A stretch of 64,000 bases of DNA, taken from the NCBI GenBank assembly GCA_031459385.1, contig JAVKIP010000003.1:64001-128000 (forward strand), in the 5' to 3' direction. Both the position numbers and the translations under genes were made by a program. Below, one piece after another: positions 21,559 to 30,739 of the stretch. The notes under the pieces were generated by a model. The model saw nothing but the letters and a program-made list of their open reading frames with translations, was not told where the DNA came from and ran no database searches. Each line of letters begins with the position of its first letter. The first letter of the stretch is position 1. The DNA comes from Candidatus Fervidifonticultor secundus. Lineage in GTDB: Bacteria; Sysuimicrobiota; Sysuimicrobiia; Sysuimicrobiales; Humicultoraceae.

Positions 21559-22479
21559 ATGGGGAGCTACCTGCTCCGTCGCCTCGGCCTGGCCGTCCCG
21601 ACACTCATCGGCGTCACGGTCATCGTCTTCGCCCTCATCCGCCTGATCCCGGGGGACCCGGCCCGGCTCATCCTGGGACTGCAGGCCTCGGAGGACGAGG
21701 TGCAGCGACTGCGCCTCGAGCTGGGGCTGGACAGACCGCTGTACGTCCAGTACGCGCGCTTCCTGGCCCGACTGGCCCGCGGCGACCTCGGGCAGTCGGC
21801 CGTGACCCGCGAGCCCGTCATCGACGAGATCGGCAGCCGGCTGCCGGCAACGGTCCAGCTGGCGGTCTCGAGCATCGTGGTGGCCACCCTGGTGGGGATG
21901 GCCGCGGGGATCCTCTCGGCCACCCGGCAGTACGCCGCCGCGGACTACCTGGTGATGACCGTGGCCCTGTTCGGCGTCTCGCTGCCGGTCTTCTGGCTGG
22001 GCCTGATGCTGATGCTGCTGTTCTCCGTCTACCTCAACTGGCTGCCGGCGGGCGGCTACGGCACGCCCGCGCACCTCGTGCTGCCCACTGTGGCGCTGGC
22101 GGCGTTCTCCATCGCCATCATCGCCCGCATGACCCGCAGCAGCCTGCTGGAGGTGTTCAACCAGGACTACATCCGCACCGCCCGCGCCAAAGGGCTGCAC
22201 GGCCGGGTGGTGATCCTCCGCCACGCGCTGAGAAACGCGCTGATCCCGGTGATCACGGTGATTGGCCTGCAGTTCGGGGCGCTGCTGGGCGGGGCCATCC
22301 TCACCGAGACCGTGTTTGCCTGGCCGGGCATGGGGCGCCTGCTGGTCACCGCCATCACGTCCCGCGACTACGCGGTGATCCAGGGCGTGGTGCTGATCTT
22401 CGCCGGGCTGTTCACCCTGGTGAACCTGGTCGTGGATGTCCTCTACGCCTATGTCGACCCGCGCATCCACTACGGTTAG
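21559..22479 (+). CDS. ABC peptide transporter permease (DppB/OppB-like)
   Basis: PGDPA, LGLDRP, DYIRTARAKG EAA loop, TETVFAWPGMG, DPRI. Confidence 0.95.
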   Translation: MGSYLLRRLGLAVPTLIGVTVIVFALIRLIPGDPARLILGLQASEDEVQRLRLELGLDRPLYVQYARFLARLARGDLGQSAVTREPVIDEIGSRLPATVQLAVSSIVVATLVGMAAGILSATRQYAAADYLVMTVALFGVSLPVFWLGLMLMLLFSVYLNWLPAGGYGTPAHLVLPTVALAAFSIAIIARMTRSSLLEVFNQDYIRTARAKGLHGRVVILRHALRNALIPVITVIGLQFGALLGGAILTETVFAWPGMGRLLVTAITSRDYAVIQGVVLIFAGLFTLVNLVVDVLYAYVDPRIHYG

Positions 22480-23344
22480 GTGGCTCCCAGAAGCCGTGGA
22501 GGTGCGCGCGCGGCCCGGCGTCTGGCGCCGGCTGCGCCGGCACCGGACCGCCGTCGTGGGCCTGGCGGTCCTGGCGCTGTTCCTGGTCAGCTCGCTCCTG
22601 GCCCCCCTGCTCTTCACCGAAGATCCGACCGAGGCGAACTTCGAGCGGGTGCTGCAGCCGCCGTCGCGGGCGCACCTGCTGGGCACCGACAACCTGGGCC
22701 GCGACCTGCTGGCCCGCGTCATCTACGGCGCGCGGGTCTCGTTCCTGATCGGCCTGCTGGCGGTCAGCCTGAGCGCGGCGCTCGGGGTCCCGGTGGGGCT
22801 CGTCTCGGGCTACTACGGCGGCGGCGTCGACATCGCCATCCAGCGCCTGGTGGACCTGATGCTGGCGTTCCCGGGCTTCCTGCTGGCCCTGACCCTGATC
22901 GCGGTGCTGGGCGTCGGTGTCCCCAACGTGGTGGTGGCGGTCGGGCTGGCGACGGCGCCCGTCTACATCCGGCTGGTCCGCGGGGTGGCGCTCTCGATCC
23001 GCACCCAGGTGTACGTCGAGGCGGCCCACGCGCTGGGGGCCTCGGCACCGCGCATCCTCCGGCGGCACGTGCTGCCCAACTGCCTGCCCCCGGTGATCGT
23101 GCAGTCGACGCTCCAGCTGGGCACGGCCATCCTGACGGCTGCGGGCCTGGGCTTCCTGGGTCTGGGCGTCAAGCCCCCGACGCCCGAGTGGGGTACGATG
23201 CTGGGCGAAGGCCAGACTTACCTCTTCTCGTCCTGGTACATGGCGACGTTCCCGGGCCTAGCCATCTTCCTGGCGGTGATGGCGTTCAACCTGCTGGGCG
23301 ACGGGTTGCGCGACGCGCTCGACCCCCGCATGCAGCTCCCCTGA
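22451..23344 (+). CDS. ABC peptide transporter permease (DppC/OppC-like)
   Basis: HLLGTDNLGRD, YVEAAHALGAS, PEWGTML, NLLGDGLRDALDP; start uncertain. Confidence 0.94.
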   Translation: MSTRASTTVRWLPEAVEVRARPGVWRRLRRHRTAVVGLAVLALFLVSSLLAPLLFTEDPTEANFERVLQPPSRAHLLGTDNLGRDLLARVIYGARVSFLIGLLAVSLSAALGVPVGLVSGYYGGGVDIAIQRLVDLMLAFPGFLLALTLIAVLGVGVPNVVVAVGLATAPVYIRLVRGVALSIRTQVYVEAAHALGASAPRILRRHVLPNCLPPVIVQSTLQLGTAILTAAGLGFLGLGVKPPTPEWGTMLGEGQTYLFSSWYMATFPGLAIFLAVMAFNLLGDGLRDALDPRMQLP

Positions 23345-23356
23345 GCCGATGCGGTC

Positions 23357-23989
23357 ATGGCCGCGAACGCGCCGACGGACGCCGAGATCCCCTCGCTCTC
23401 CTCGATTCTCGAGGGAGCGCTGACCCGGGCCGGGCCCCATCCCCTGCGACTGGGCGACCTGCTCGACGAGACCGCCGAGCGCGGCTTCGGGCTGCTGATG
23501 CTCCTGCTGGGACTGCCCATGCTGATTCCGGTGCTGCCGCCCGGGTCGTCGACCGTCGTGGGCCCCATCTACGCCGTGTTCGCGATCCAGATGCTGCGGG
23601 GCAGCGGCCGGCCCTGGCTGCCCCGGTCGCTGCAGAACCGTACGCTGTCGCCCCGGGCGGTCCAGCTCCTCCGGGACCGCGGGCTGCCCATGATCCGCGC
23701 CATCGAACGGTGGTCGCGGCCGCGCGGCTTCTGGCCGGGCGAGCGGGTCGGTGTGCGCATCGTGGCGGTGGCGATGCTGTTCATGGGCCTGATCCTGCTG
23801 GGTCCGTTTCCGTTCCTGAACACCCCGCCGGCAGTGGCGGTGATGCTGCTGGGGGTAGCCCTGCTCAACCGGGACGTGGTGTTCCTGCTGGCCGGGCTGG
23901 CGGTGGCCGCGGTCTCGGTGGGCATCCTGCTGGTGACCGTCGGCCTGCTGGTGAGCCTGTTGGCGTTCCTGCGGGCGGTGCTCCCCTGA
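23357..23989 (+). CDS. exoD: Exopolysaccharide biosynthesis protein ExoD family
   Basis: LGDLL..ERGFGLL, LP..PG, PWLP, PFLNTPP, DVVF membrane pattern typical of ExoD. Confidence 0.82.
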   Translation: MAANAPTDAEIPSLSSILEGALTRAGPHPLRLGDLLDETAERGFGLLMLLLGLPMLIPVLPPGSSTVVGPIYAVFAIQMLRGSGRPWLPRSLQNRTLSPRAVQLLRDRGLPMIRAIERWSRPRGFWPGERVGVRIVAVAMLFMGLILLGPFPFLNTPPAVAVMLLGVALLNRDVVFLLAGLAVAAVSVGILLVTVGLLVSLLAFLRAVLP

Positions 23990-23998
23990 TCCGCACGC

Positions 23999-24976
23999 TC
24001 ACGCGTGCAGCTCGAGCACGTCGCGGTCGCGCAGCACGTGGTCCCGGCCGACCATCTGGCCGTCGTACTCGCCCTGCCGCCACAGCCGCGCGTAGCGCAG
24101 GTGCTCGGCGAAGTCCTTGTGCACGGCCGCCGCGGCGTCCTGCACCGTCGTGCCCGCCGGCAGGATGAAGGGCACGTCCAGGTCGGGTTTCCCACCGGGC
24201 TTCTTGCTGTAGACGCGGATCTTGCCCAGCAGGCGGAACATCTCGCGCCGCAGTTCGCTCAGGTTGACGTCCTGCTCCGCGGAGACGGGCAGCACCGGCA
24301 GGCGCCCGCCGTAGAACTCCTTGAAGATCTCCAGCGCGTCGCGGGCGCCGGGCGCGTCCAGCTTGGCCGCGACGAACAGCCCCGGGGTCTGCCGTGGGCC
24401 GCGGGACGCCTCCGGGGGGATGATCTCGACGCCGCCGGCCGCCAGGAGGGCCAGCACCTGCTCGGTGGACGACAGGAGGTCCGGGTCGGCCAGGTCGACG
24501 ACGACCAGCGCGCCGTCGGCGCCGCGGATCAGCGCGTACAGCCAGCCCTCGGCCACTTCGGGGCTCACCGGCGGCAGGTCCACGAGCTGGATCGGCACGT
24601 CCTCGAACGCCGCCATGCCGGCCAGCGGCACCCGCGTCGTGAAGGGATAATCAGCGATCTCTGGTGAGGCGTTCGTGAGCGCCGCCAGGAGCGACGACTT
24701 CCCCGCATTCGGGCCGCCCACGAGCGCGATCTGACCGGCGCCTTCGCGGTCGACGTGGTAGAAGGGCCGGGCGCGCGCGGCCCCGCGGCGCCGCTGCGTC
24801 TCCTGGCGCAGCCTGGCGATGCGGCGCTTGAGATCGGCCTGCATCTTCTCGGTCCCCTTGTGCTTGGGGATCACGGCCAGCATCTCTTCCAGCGCCGCGA
24901 GCTTGGCCTGGGGCGTGGTGGCCGCTTTGAACTTCCGGTCAGCGGCCAGGTACTCTGGCGTCAGGTTCGCAGGCAT
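23999..24976 (-). CDS. DRG/Rbg-type OBG-family GTPase with TGS domain
   Basis: MPANLTPEY, PKHKGTEK, GGPNAGKSS, YPFTT, DLPP, AKLD, IRVYSK, VHKDF, GQMVGRDHVLRDRDVLELH. Confidence 0.9.
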   Translation of the reverse strand: MPANLTPEYLAADRKFKAATTPQAKLAALEEMLAVIPKHKGTEKMQADLKRRIARLRQETQRRRGAARARPFYHVDREGAGQIALVGGPNAGKSSLLAALTNASPEIADYPFTTRVPLAGMAAFEDVPIQLVDLPPVSPEVAEGWLYALIRGADGALVVVDLADPDLLSSTEQVLALLAAGGVEIIPPEASRGPRQTPGLFVAAKLDAPGARDALEIFKEFYGGRLPVLPVSAEQDVNLSELRREMFRLLGKIRVYSKKPGGKPDLDVPFILPAGTTVQDAAAAVHKDFAEHLRYARLWRQGEYDGQMVGRDHVLRDRDVLELHA

Positions 24977-25065
24977 AGCGCTGGTTGTTATTGTAGCAAG
25001 CCCGGGAACCCTCACGCGCCGCCGGCCGTTCTCTGGCCGGAGATCCTGCCCATGGAGGTGTCTGC

Positions 25066-25767
25066 ATGCGCACGCTATCGCTCGCTCTGCTGGTGATGGT
25101 GGTCGCCGTCCCCGCCGGGGCTCAGGCACCGGACGTGCGGCCGCCGGACGGCGGCCGGAATCAAATCGTCGCCACAGGCACCGGCCGCCTCGAGGTCGCC
25201 CCCGACCAGGCCACGCTGACGATGGGCGCGCAGGTCCAGCGGCCCACAGCGGCCGAGGCCCTGGCCGAGGCCGGGCGCGTCGCTGCCCAGGTGCGGGCGG
25301 GCTGGCAACAGCTGGGCATCCGGACCGAGGCGATGCGCACTGCGATCCTGGACGTGCAGCCGGTGTTCGGCCAGAGCCGGAACGGCGCCCCGCCGCGCAT
25401 GACCGGGTACCAGGCCACGGCTCTGCTCGCCCTCACCGTGGACCAGCTGGCGCTCCTGGGCCGCGCCATCGACGCCGGGATGACAGCGGGCGCGAACGTG
25501 CTGCACGGCCTGACCTTCGGCGTGCGCGACGCCTCCCGGGCCCGGCGTGACGCTCTGGCCGCGGCTGTGCGCGACGCGCGCGAGCGGGCCGAGGCCATGG
25601 CGCAGGCCGCGGGCCTGCGGATCCGCGGCGTCGAGCGGATCGTGGAAGCCGAGGCAGTGGTCGTGACGCGCGAGGTCAGGCTGCGGGCGGCCGCGGCGCC
25701 GGCAGTGCCGGTCGAGCCCGGCCTCGTGACCGTCACGGCGCAGGTGACGGTGGTCTTCTCCTACTGA
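25066..25767 (+). CDS. SIMPL/DUF541 (YggE/BP26-like) periplasmic protein
   Basis: Signal peptide; GTGRLEVAPDQA, GAN..GL.F, AVRDARERAEAMA, PGLVTVTAQVTVVF. Confidence 0.9.
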   Translation: MRTLSLALLVMVVAVPAGAQAPDVRPPDGGRNQIVATGTGRLEVAPDQATLTMGAQVQRPTAAEALAEAGRVAAQVRAGWQQLGIRTEAMRTAILDVQPVFGQSRNGAPPRMTGYQATALLALTVDQLALLGRAIDAGMTAGANVLHGLTFGVRDASRARRDALAAAVRDARERAEAMAQAAGLRIRGVERIVEAEAVVVTREVRLRAAAAPAVPVEPGLVTVTAQVTVVFSY

Positions 25768-25899
25768 ACCGTCCGGCGGGCCGGGGCCAGCGCGGACGCG
25801 ACGCGGCCACCCGTCCGGGCGTGTAGACGCCCGGCGACCGCCGCGGGTACGATGAAAGCGAACCCGTCGCCACGCTGTCGAACCCGATCGAGGAGGTGC

Positions 25900-27417
25900 A
25901 TGGTGAACGTCACGTACGCAGGCCGCAGTGCCGTCCTCCTGGCCCTGGTCGTGGTCCTGGCCGGCGCGGGCCTCGCGCCCGCCGGGCCCGCCGCCCCGCC
26001 GGGGACGCTGCGCATCGCCTACCCGCAGCGGGCGGTCTCCCTCGACGCCCACGGCCCGGCGGCCGCCGAGCGCATCTCGATCATCATCGGCCGCCATCTC
26101 TACGACACCCTGGTGACGTGGGACCCCAAGGCCAAGCAGTTCCAGCCAGCGTTGGCCGAGCGCTGGCGGAGCGTGGATCCCACCACGTGGGAGTTCCAGC
26201 TGCGCCGCGGCGTGCGGTTCCACGACGGCAGCGAGTTCACCTCCGCCGCCGTGAAGACGTCGCTGGAGCGCGTGGTGGCCCTGCGCGGGCCGCTCACGCC
26301 GCTGTTCGCGCCTGTGGCGGCCGTGGACACCCCCGACCCGTACCGCGTCGTGGTCCGGACGCAGACGCCCATGGGCACGCTGCTGTCCAACCTGACGATG
26401 CTCTACATCGTGCCGGCGGGGACGCCGCCGACCCCTGCGTTCGCCGAGAAACCGGTCGGCACCGGCCCGTTCCGGTTCGTGGAGTTCGTGCGCGATACGC
26501 GCGTGGTGCTGGAGGCCAATCCCACCTACTGGCGGCGCGGGATCCCGAAGCTGCAGCGGCTGGTCTTCGTGGACATCCCCGAGCTCTCGGCGCGTGTGAC
26601 GGCACTGGAGACCGGCGAGATCGACATGACCGTCCAGCTCACCCCGGAGGAGATCAAGCGCCTGCGCGGCAATCCCCAGATCAAGATCGAGATCGGCCCG
26701 ACTTACTACACGCGCTTCCTGTGGATCAACCCCACGCGCAGGCCGTTCGATCACCTCAAGGTCCGCCAGGCCCTCCAGCACGCGCTGAACATCCCGGCGA
26801 TCACCAGTTCGCTGCTGGCCGGCATTGCCAAACCCGCGCGGGGCCCGATCGCAGCCAACGTGCTGTGCGCGGTGGAGTTCCCGCCGCGCGCCTTCAACAC
26901 GCCGCTGGCCCGCCGGCTGCTGACCGAGGCCGGCTACCCCGGGGGGTTCGAGACTGAACTGAAGTGGAACGACGCGCTACCCAAAGAGCGGGAGGTCGCC
27001 GACGCCATCGTGGGACAGCTGGCTCTGGTGGGTATCCGCGTGAAGAACACGCTGCAGCCGCGCGCCATCTGGCTGGATGATCTGCTCAAGCTCAACTGGG
27101 AGCTGAACCTGCTGGGCACGGGCGCCGTGACCGGCGATGCCGACTACACTCTGGGGCGCCTGTACCACTCGCGGGCCAGGCGGACCGGCTACGCCAACCC
27201 GGAGGTCGACCGGCTGCTGGAGCAGGCCGCTGCCACGGTGGACCTCAACCGGCGGTGCGAGATGTACAGGCGGGTGCAAGAGATCCTCTGGACCGAGGGG
27301 CCGGCGGTGTTCCTCTTCGAGGCGCTGGAGAGCTACGCATACCGCACCCGCGTCCAGGGCTTCACGCTGCCGCCCAGCGAGATCTTCGAGCTGTCGGAGG
27401 TCACCGTCTCGCCCTGA
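25900..27417 (+). CDS. ABC transporter substrate-binding protein, family 5
   Basis: PALAERW, WEFQLRRGVRFHDGS, PVGTGPF, VRQAL; AGGAGG RBS. Confidence 0.94.
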   Translation: MVNVTYAGRSAVLLALVVVLAGAGLAPAGPAAPPGTLRIAYPQRAVSLDAHGPAAAERISIIIGRHLYDTLVTWDPKAKQFQPALAERWRSVDPTTWEFQLRRGVRFHDGSEFTSAAVKTSLERVVALRGPLTPLFAPVAAVDTPDPYRVVVRTQTPMGTLLSNLTMLYIVPAGTPPTPAFAEKPVGTGPFRFVEFVRDTRVVLEANPTYWRRGIPKLQRLVFVDIPELSARVTALETGEIDMTVQLTPEEIKRLRGNPQIKIEIGPTYYTRFLWINPTRRPFDHLKVRQALQHALNIPAITSSLLAGIAKPARGPIAANVLCAVEFPPRAFNTPLARRLLTEAGYPGGFETELKWNDALPKEREVADAIVGQLALVGIRVKNTLQPRAIWLDDLLKLNWELNLLGTGAVTGDADYTLGRLYHSRARRTGYANPEVDRLLEQAAATVDLNRRCEMYRRVQEILWTEGPAVFLFEALESYAYRTRVQGFTLPPSEIFELSEVTVSP

Positions 27418-27474
27418 TCCCGGCGTGGGAGAGGCGGCGGCCTCGTGGGTGCCGCCTCCCCCACCGCGCGCCGC

Positions 27475-28395
27475 ATGGGCCCCTATCTGCTGCGCCGGCT
27501 CCTGGCCGCGACGCTCGTCGTCTGGGGCGTCCTGACCGTCATCTTCCTCGTCGTCCGGGTGATCCCCGGGGACCCGGCCGCGGTGCTGCTCGGGACGTTC
27601 GCGACCGCCGACCTGGTAGCCGAGCAGCGCGCGAAGATGGGGCTCGACCGGCCGCTGCCCGTGCAGTACTTCCTCTTCCTGCGGCAGGCCATCGCGGGCG
27701 ACTGGGGCCGGTCCTACCACGAGGGCCGCGAGGCGTTCGCCATGGTGCTGGAGCGCCTGCCTGCCACGCTGGAACTGGCCGTCGCGGCCATCGTGCTCAC
27801 TACCGTGGTCAGCTTCGCGCTGGGATCGGTCGCCGCCCGCAGGGCGCAGTCAGCCGTCGACCGCGCCATCGGCCTGGTCTCCCTGGTCGGCCAGGCGGTG
27901 CCGAACTTCTGGCTGGGCCTGGTGTTCATCATCGTCTTCGCCCGGATGCTCCACTGGCTGCCCTCGTTCGGGCGCGGTACGATCTGGCACCTGGTGCTGC
28001 CTACGGTGACGCTCTCGGTGCAGCTGATGGGCGTCATGACCCGGCTGATCCGGGCCGGGCTGCTGGAGACGCTGGGCCAGGAGTACGTGCGGACCGCGCG
28101 CGCCAAGGGGCTGGCGGAGGCGGCGGTGCTGGCCCGCCACGTCTACCGCAACATGCTCATCCCGGTGGTGACGATGCTGGGCCTGCAGCTGGGCGCCCTG
28201 CTGGGCGGCGTGGTGGTGCTGGAGACGGTCTTCGCCTGGCCGGGCCTGGGCCGGCTCATCGTCACCGCCATCAACAACCGCGACTACCCGGTGGTGCAGG
28301 CCGCGGTGACGTTTGCCGCGCTCGCGGTGGTGGCGCTCAACGTCCTGGTCGACCTGACCTACGCGTACCTCGATCCGCGCATCCGCTACACGTGA
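27475..28395 (+). CDS. ABC peptide transporter permease (DppB-like)
   Basis: PGDPA, GLDRP, EYVRTARAKG, ETVFAWPGLG, DPRIRY. Confidence 0.95.
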   Translation: MGPYLLRRLLAATLVVWGVLTVIFLVVRVIPGDPAAVLLGTFATADLVAEQRAKMGLDRPLPVQYFLFLRQAIAGDWGRSYHEGREAFAMVLERLPATLELAVAAIVLTTVVSFALGSVAARRAQSAVDRAIGLVSLVGQAVPNFWLGLVFIIVFARMLHWLPSFGRGTIWHLVLPTVTLSVQLMGVMTRLIRAGLLETLGQEYVRTARAKGLAEAAVLARHVYRNMLIPVVTMLGLQLGALLGGVVVLETVFAWPGLGRLIVTAINNRDYPVVQAAVTFAALAVVALNVLVDLTYAYLDPRIRYT

Positions 28396-29369
28396 CGCCC
28401 TCCCGTCCCCAGCGCCAGCCCGACCCGGGCGCCGCCCCGCCGGCCGCGCCCGGCAGCAGCGCGCCTGCGCGGGCCGCTCGGCGGCGGGCGGCCGATGCCG
28501 ACGCGCGCGAGGCCCGCCGGCCCCGCCGCCGGCTGTGGACGACCCGCAAGGGACGGCGCATGGCCCTCACCGGCGCGCTACTGCTCGCGACCGCGGTGGC
28601 GGGCCTGGCGGGCCCGGCCGTCGTGCCCTACGACCCGCTCGCCCTGCGCCTGGACGCGCGGCTGCTGCCGCCCGGCGCCCGGCTGCCCGAGGGCGGCATC
28701 GCCTGGTTCGGCACCGACCAGCTGGGGCGCGACCTGTTCGGGCAGGTGGTGCACGGCGCCCGGGTGTCGATGCTGGTCGCCCTCAGCACCGTCGGCATCG
28801 CGGGCGTCGTCGGCACGGCGCTCGGCCTCCTGGCGGGCTACGCCGGCGGGAAGACCGACATGGTGGTGATGGGCCTGGTCGACGTGCAGCTGGCGATCCC
28901 GCCCCTGCTGCTGGCCATCTTGATGGCAGCGATGCTGGGCCCGTCGGTACCCAACGTCATCCTGACCCTGTCGGTGATTCGGTGGGCCGTCTTCGCCCGC
29001 CTGGCCCGCGGCTCGACCCTGGCCCTGCGCGAGAAGGAGTTCGTGGAAGCCGCCCGGGCGTTGGGCGCCAGCCACGCGCGCATCATGGGCCGCCACCTGC
29101 TCGTGAACATCCTGACGCCGCTGGTGATCCTGGCCACGCTGCAGATCGCGCTGCAGATGCTGGCCGAGGCTGCCCTCTCGTTCCTGGGCCTGGGGATTCC
29201 CCACCCCCTGCCGTCGTGGGGCGTGACGATCAGCCAGGGCCGCGACTACCTCCAGAACGCCTGGTGGATCGCGACGATCCCCGGCGGCGTCATGACGCTG
29301 GCGGTGCTGGCTGCGGGCGCGTTCGGCGACGCGCTGCGGGACTACCTGGACCCGCGCTTCGGGTACTGA
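28392..29369 (+). CDS. ABC peptide transporter permease (DppC-like)
   Basis: GTG overlaps the upstream stop; FGTDQLGRD, EFVEAARALGAS, EAALSFLGLG, GDALRDYLDP; start uncertain. Confidence 0.92.
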   Translation: MTPSRPQRQPDPGAAPPAAPGSSAPARAARRRAADADAREARRPRRRLWTTRKGRRMALTGALLLATAVAGLAGPAVVPYDPLALRLDARLLPPGARLPEGGIAWFGTDQLGRDLFGQVVHGARVSMLVALSTVGIAGVVGTALGLLAGYAGGKTDMVVMGLVDVQLAIPPLLLAILMAAMLGPSVPNVILTLSVIRWAVFARLARGSTLALREKEFVEAARALGASHARIMGRHLLVNILTPLVILATLQIALQMLAEAALSFLGLGIPHPLPSWGVTISQGRDYLQNAWWIATIPGGVMTLAVLAAGAFGDALRDYLDPRFGY

Positions 29370-29419
29370 GGGCCGCCCTGTCGGCCTGGCACGCCCGGCC
29401 CTGCGTTGCCGGCTCCCGG

Positions 29420-30586
29420 CTACCGGCCCAGCGCCCGCGCCATCCGCTCCAGGATCTCGTCCAGCAGCGCCGGCGTCGTGGCGAAGTTGAGCCGCACGCA
29501 CGACGGGGGCCCGTTGAACTCGGCGCCGTCGCTGAGCGCGACGCGCCCCTGCGCCAGGAAGAACGCCGCCGCAGGCTGCGGCAGGCCCAGCGCGCGGCAG
29601 TCGAGCCACGACATGTAGGTCCCCTCGGGCGGGCGGTGGCGGACCTCCGGGAGCCGCCCCCGCACGAACTGCGCCACGGTCCTGCGGTTCGCGTCGAGCT
29701 GGCGGAGGACGGCCTCCAGCCACGGCCCGCCCTCCCGCCACGCCGCGGCGGTGGCCCGCAGCCCGAGCACGCTGGGCGTCCCGCGCATGCGCGGGGGCAG
29801 GGCCTCGAAGCGCGCCCGCAGCGCCGGGGTGCCGAAGACCGCCACCGCGCAGCGCACGCCGGCGATGTTGAACGCCTTGGTTGCCGAGAGGAGGGTGATC
29901 GTCCGGGCGGCGACATCCCCGCCCAGCGAGGCAAACGGGATGTGGCGCACCCCCGGGTAGACGACGTCCATCCAGATCTCGTCGGCGACGACCACCAGGT
30001 CGTGCGCCAGGACCACCGCAGCGATGGCCTCGAGCTCGTCGCGGTGGAAGACGCGACCCGAGGGGTTGTGCGGGTTGCAAAGCAGCAGGAGCCTGACGCG
30101 CGGGTCTGCGGCCAGCCGGCGCAGGCCGTCCGGGTCCACGGCAGCCTCGCCGCAGGGGTCGCGCAGCGGGTTGTCCACGAGCCGCCGCCCCAGCGCCGCC
30201 ACGCTCGAGAGGAACGGCGGGTAGATGGGGCTCTGGACGATGACACCGTCGCCCGGCTCGGTGAAGGCGTAGATGGCCAGGTAGAGGCCCTGGATCACGT
30301 CGGTCAGGACCGCCATGCTGTCGGCGGCCGGGGTCCAGCCGTGGCGGGCCGCCAGCCAGGCGGCCGCCGCACAGAACACGTCGTGCGCGTCCTCGGGCCG
30401 CTCGTAGCCCAGCGCCGAGCGCTCGGCGCTCCACCGCAACACGTCGCGCACCGGCTCGGGCGCGGGGAAGTCCATGTCCGCCACCCAGGCCGGCAGCACG
30501 TCGTCGCCGTACCTGGTCCATTTGTGGCCGCGCCGCTCCCGGCAGTCAGCCTCGGTTGCCCCTACGCAGGGATCGATCCCCAGCAT
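29420..30586 (-). CDS. PLP-dependent C-S lyase, MalY/PatB family
   Basis: KW, LPAWVADMDF, LLCNPHNPSGRVF, ADEIW, SATKAFNIAG, EGTYMSWLDCR, RLNFAT. Confidence 0.92.
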   Translation of the reverse strand: MLGIDPCVGATEADCRERRGHKWTRYGDDVLPAWVADMDFPAPEPVRDVLRWSAERSALGYERPEDAHDVFCAAAAWLAARHGWTPAADSMAVLTDVIQGLYLAIYAFTEPGDGVIVQSPIYPPFLSSVAALGRRLVDNPLRDPCGEAAVDPDGLRRLAADPRVRLLLLCNPHNPSGRVFHRDELEAIAAVVLAHDLVVVADEIWMDVVYPGVRHIPFASLGGDVAARTITLLSATKAFNIAGVRCAVAVFGTPALRARFEALPPRMRGTPSVLGLRATAAAWREGGPWLEAVLRQLDANRRTVAQFVRGRLPEVRHRPPEGTYMSWLDCRALGLPQPAAAFFLAQGRVALSDGAEFNGPPSCVRLNFATTPALLDEILERMARALGR

Positions 30587-30739
30587 CTCGCCTCCTCGTG
30601 GCTGGTTCCCTGTCACCTTCGACGCGTCCCGGCGGTGCTTCCTCGTGCGGCGCGGGCAGCTGGAGGGACGGGCTGTGCACCCCCGGCCCTGCTGTGGTGA
30701 AATGAGAGGGCACGACAGCTGCCGGAGGAGCACGTGCTC

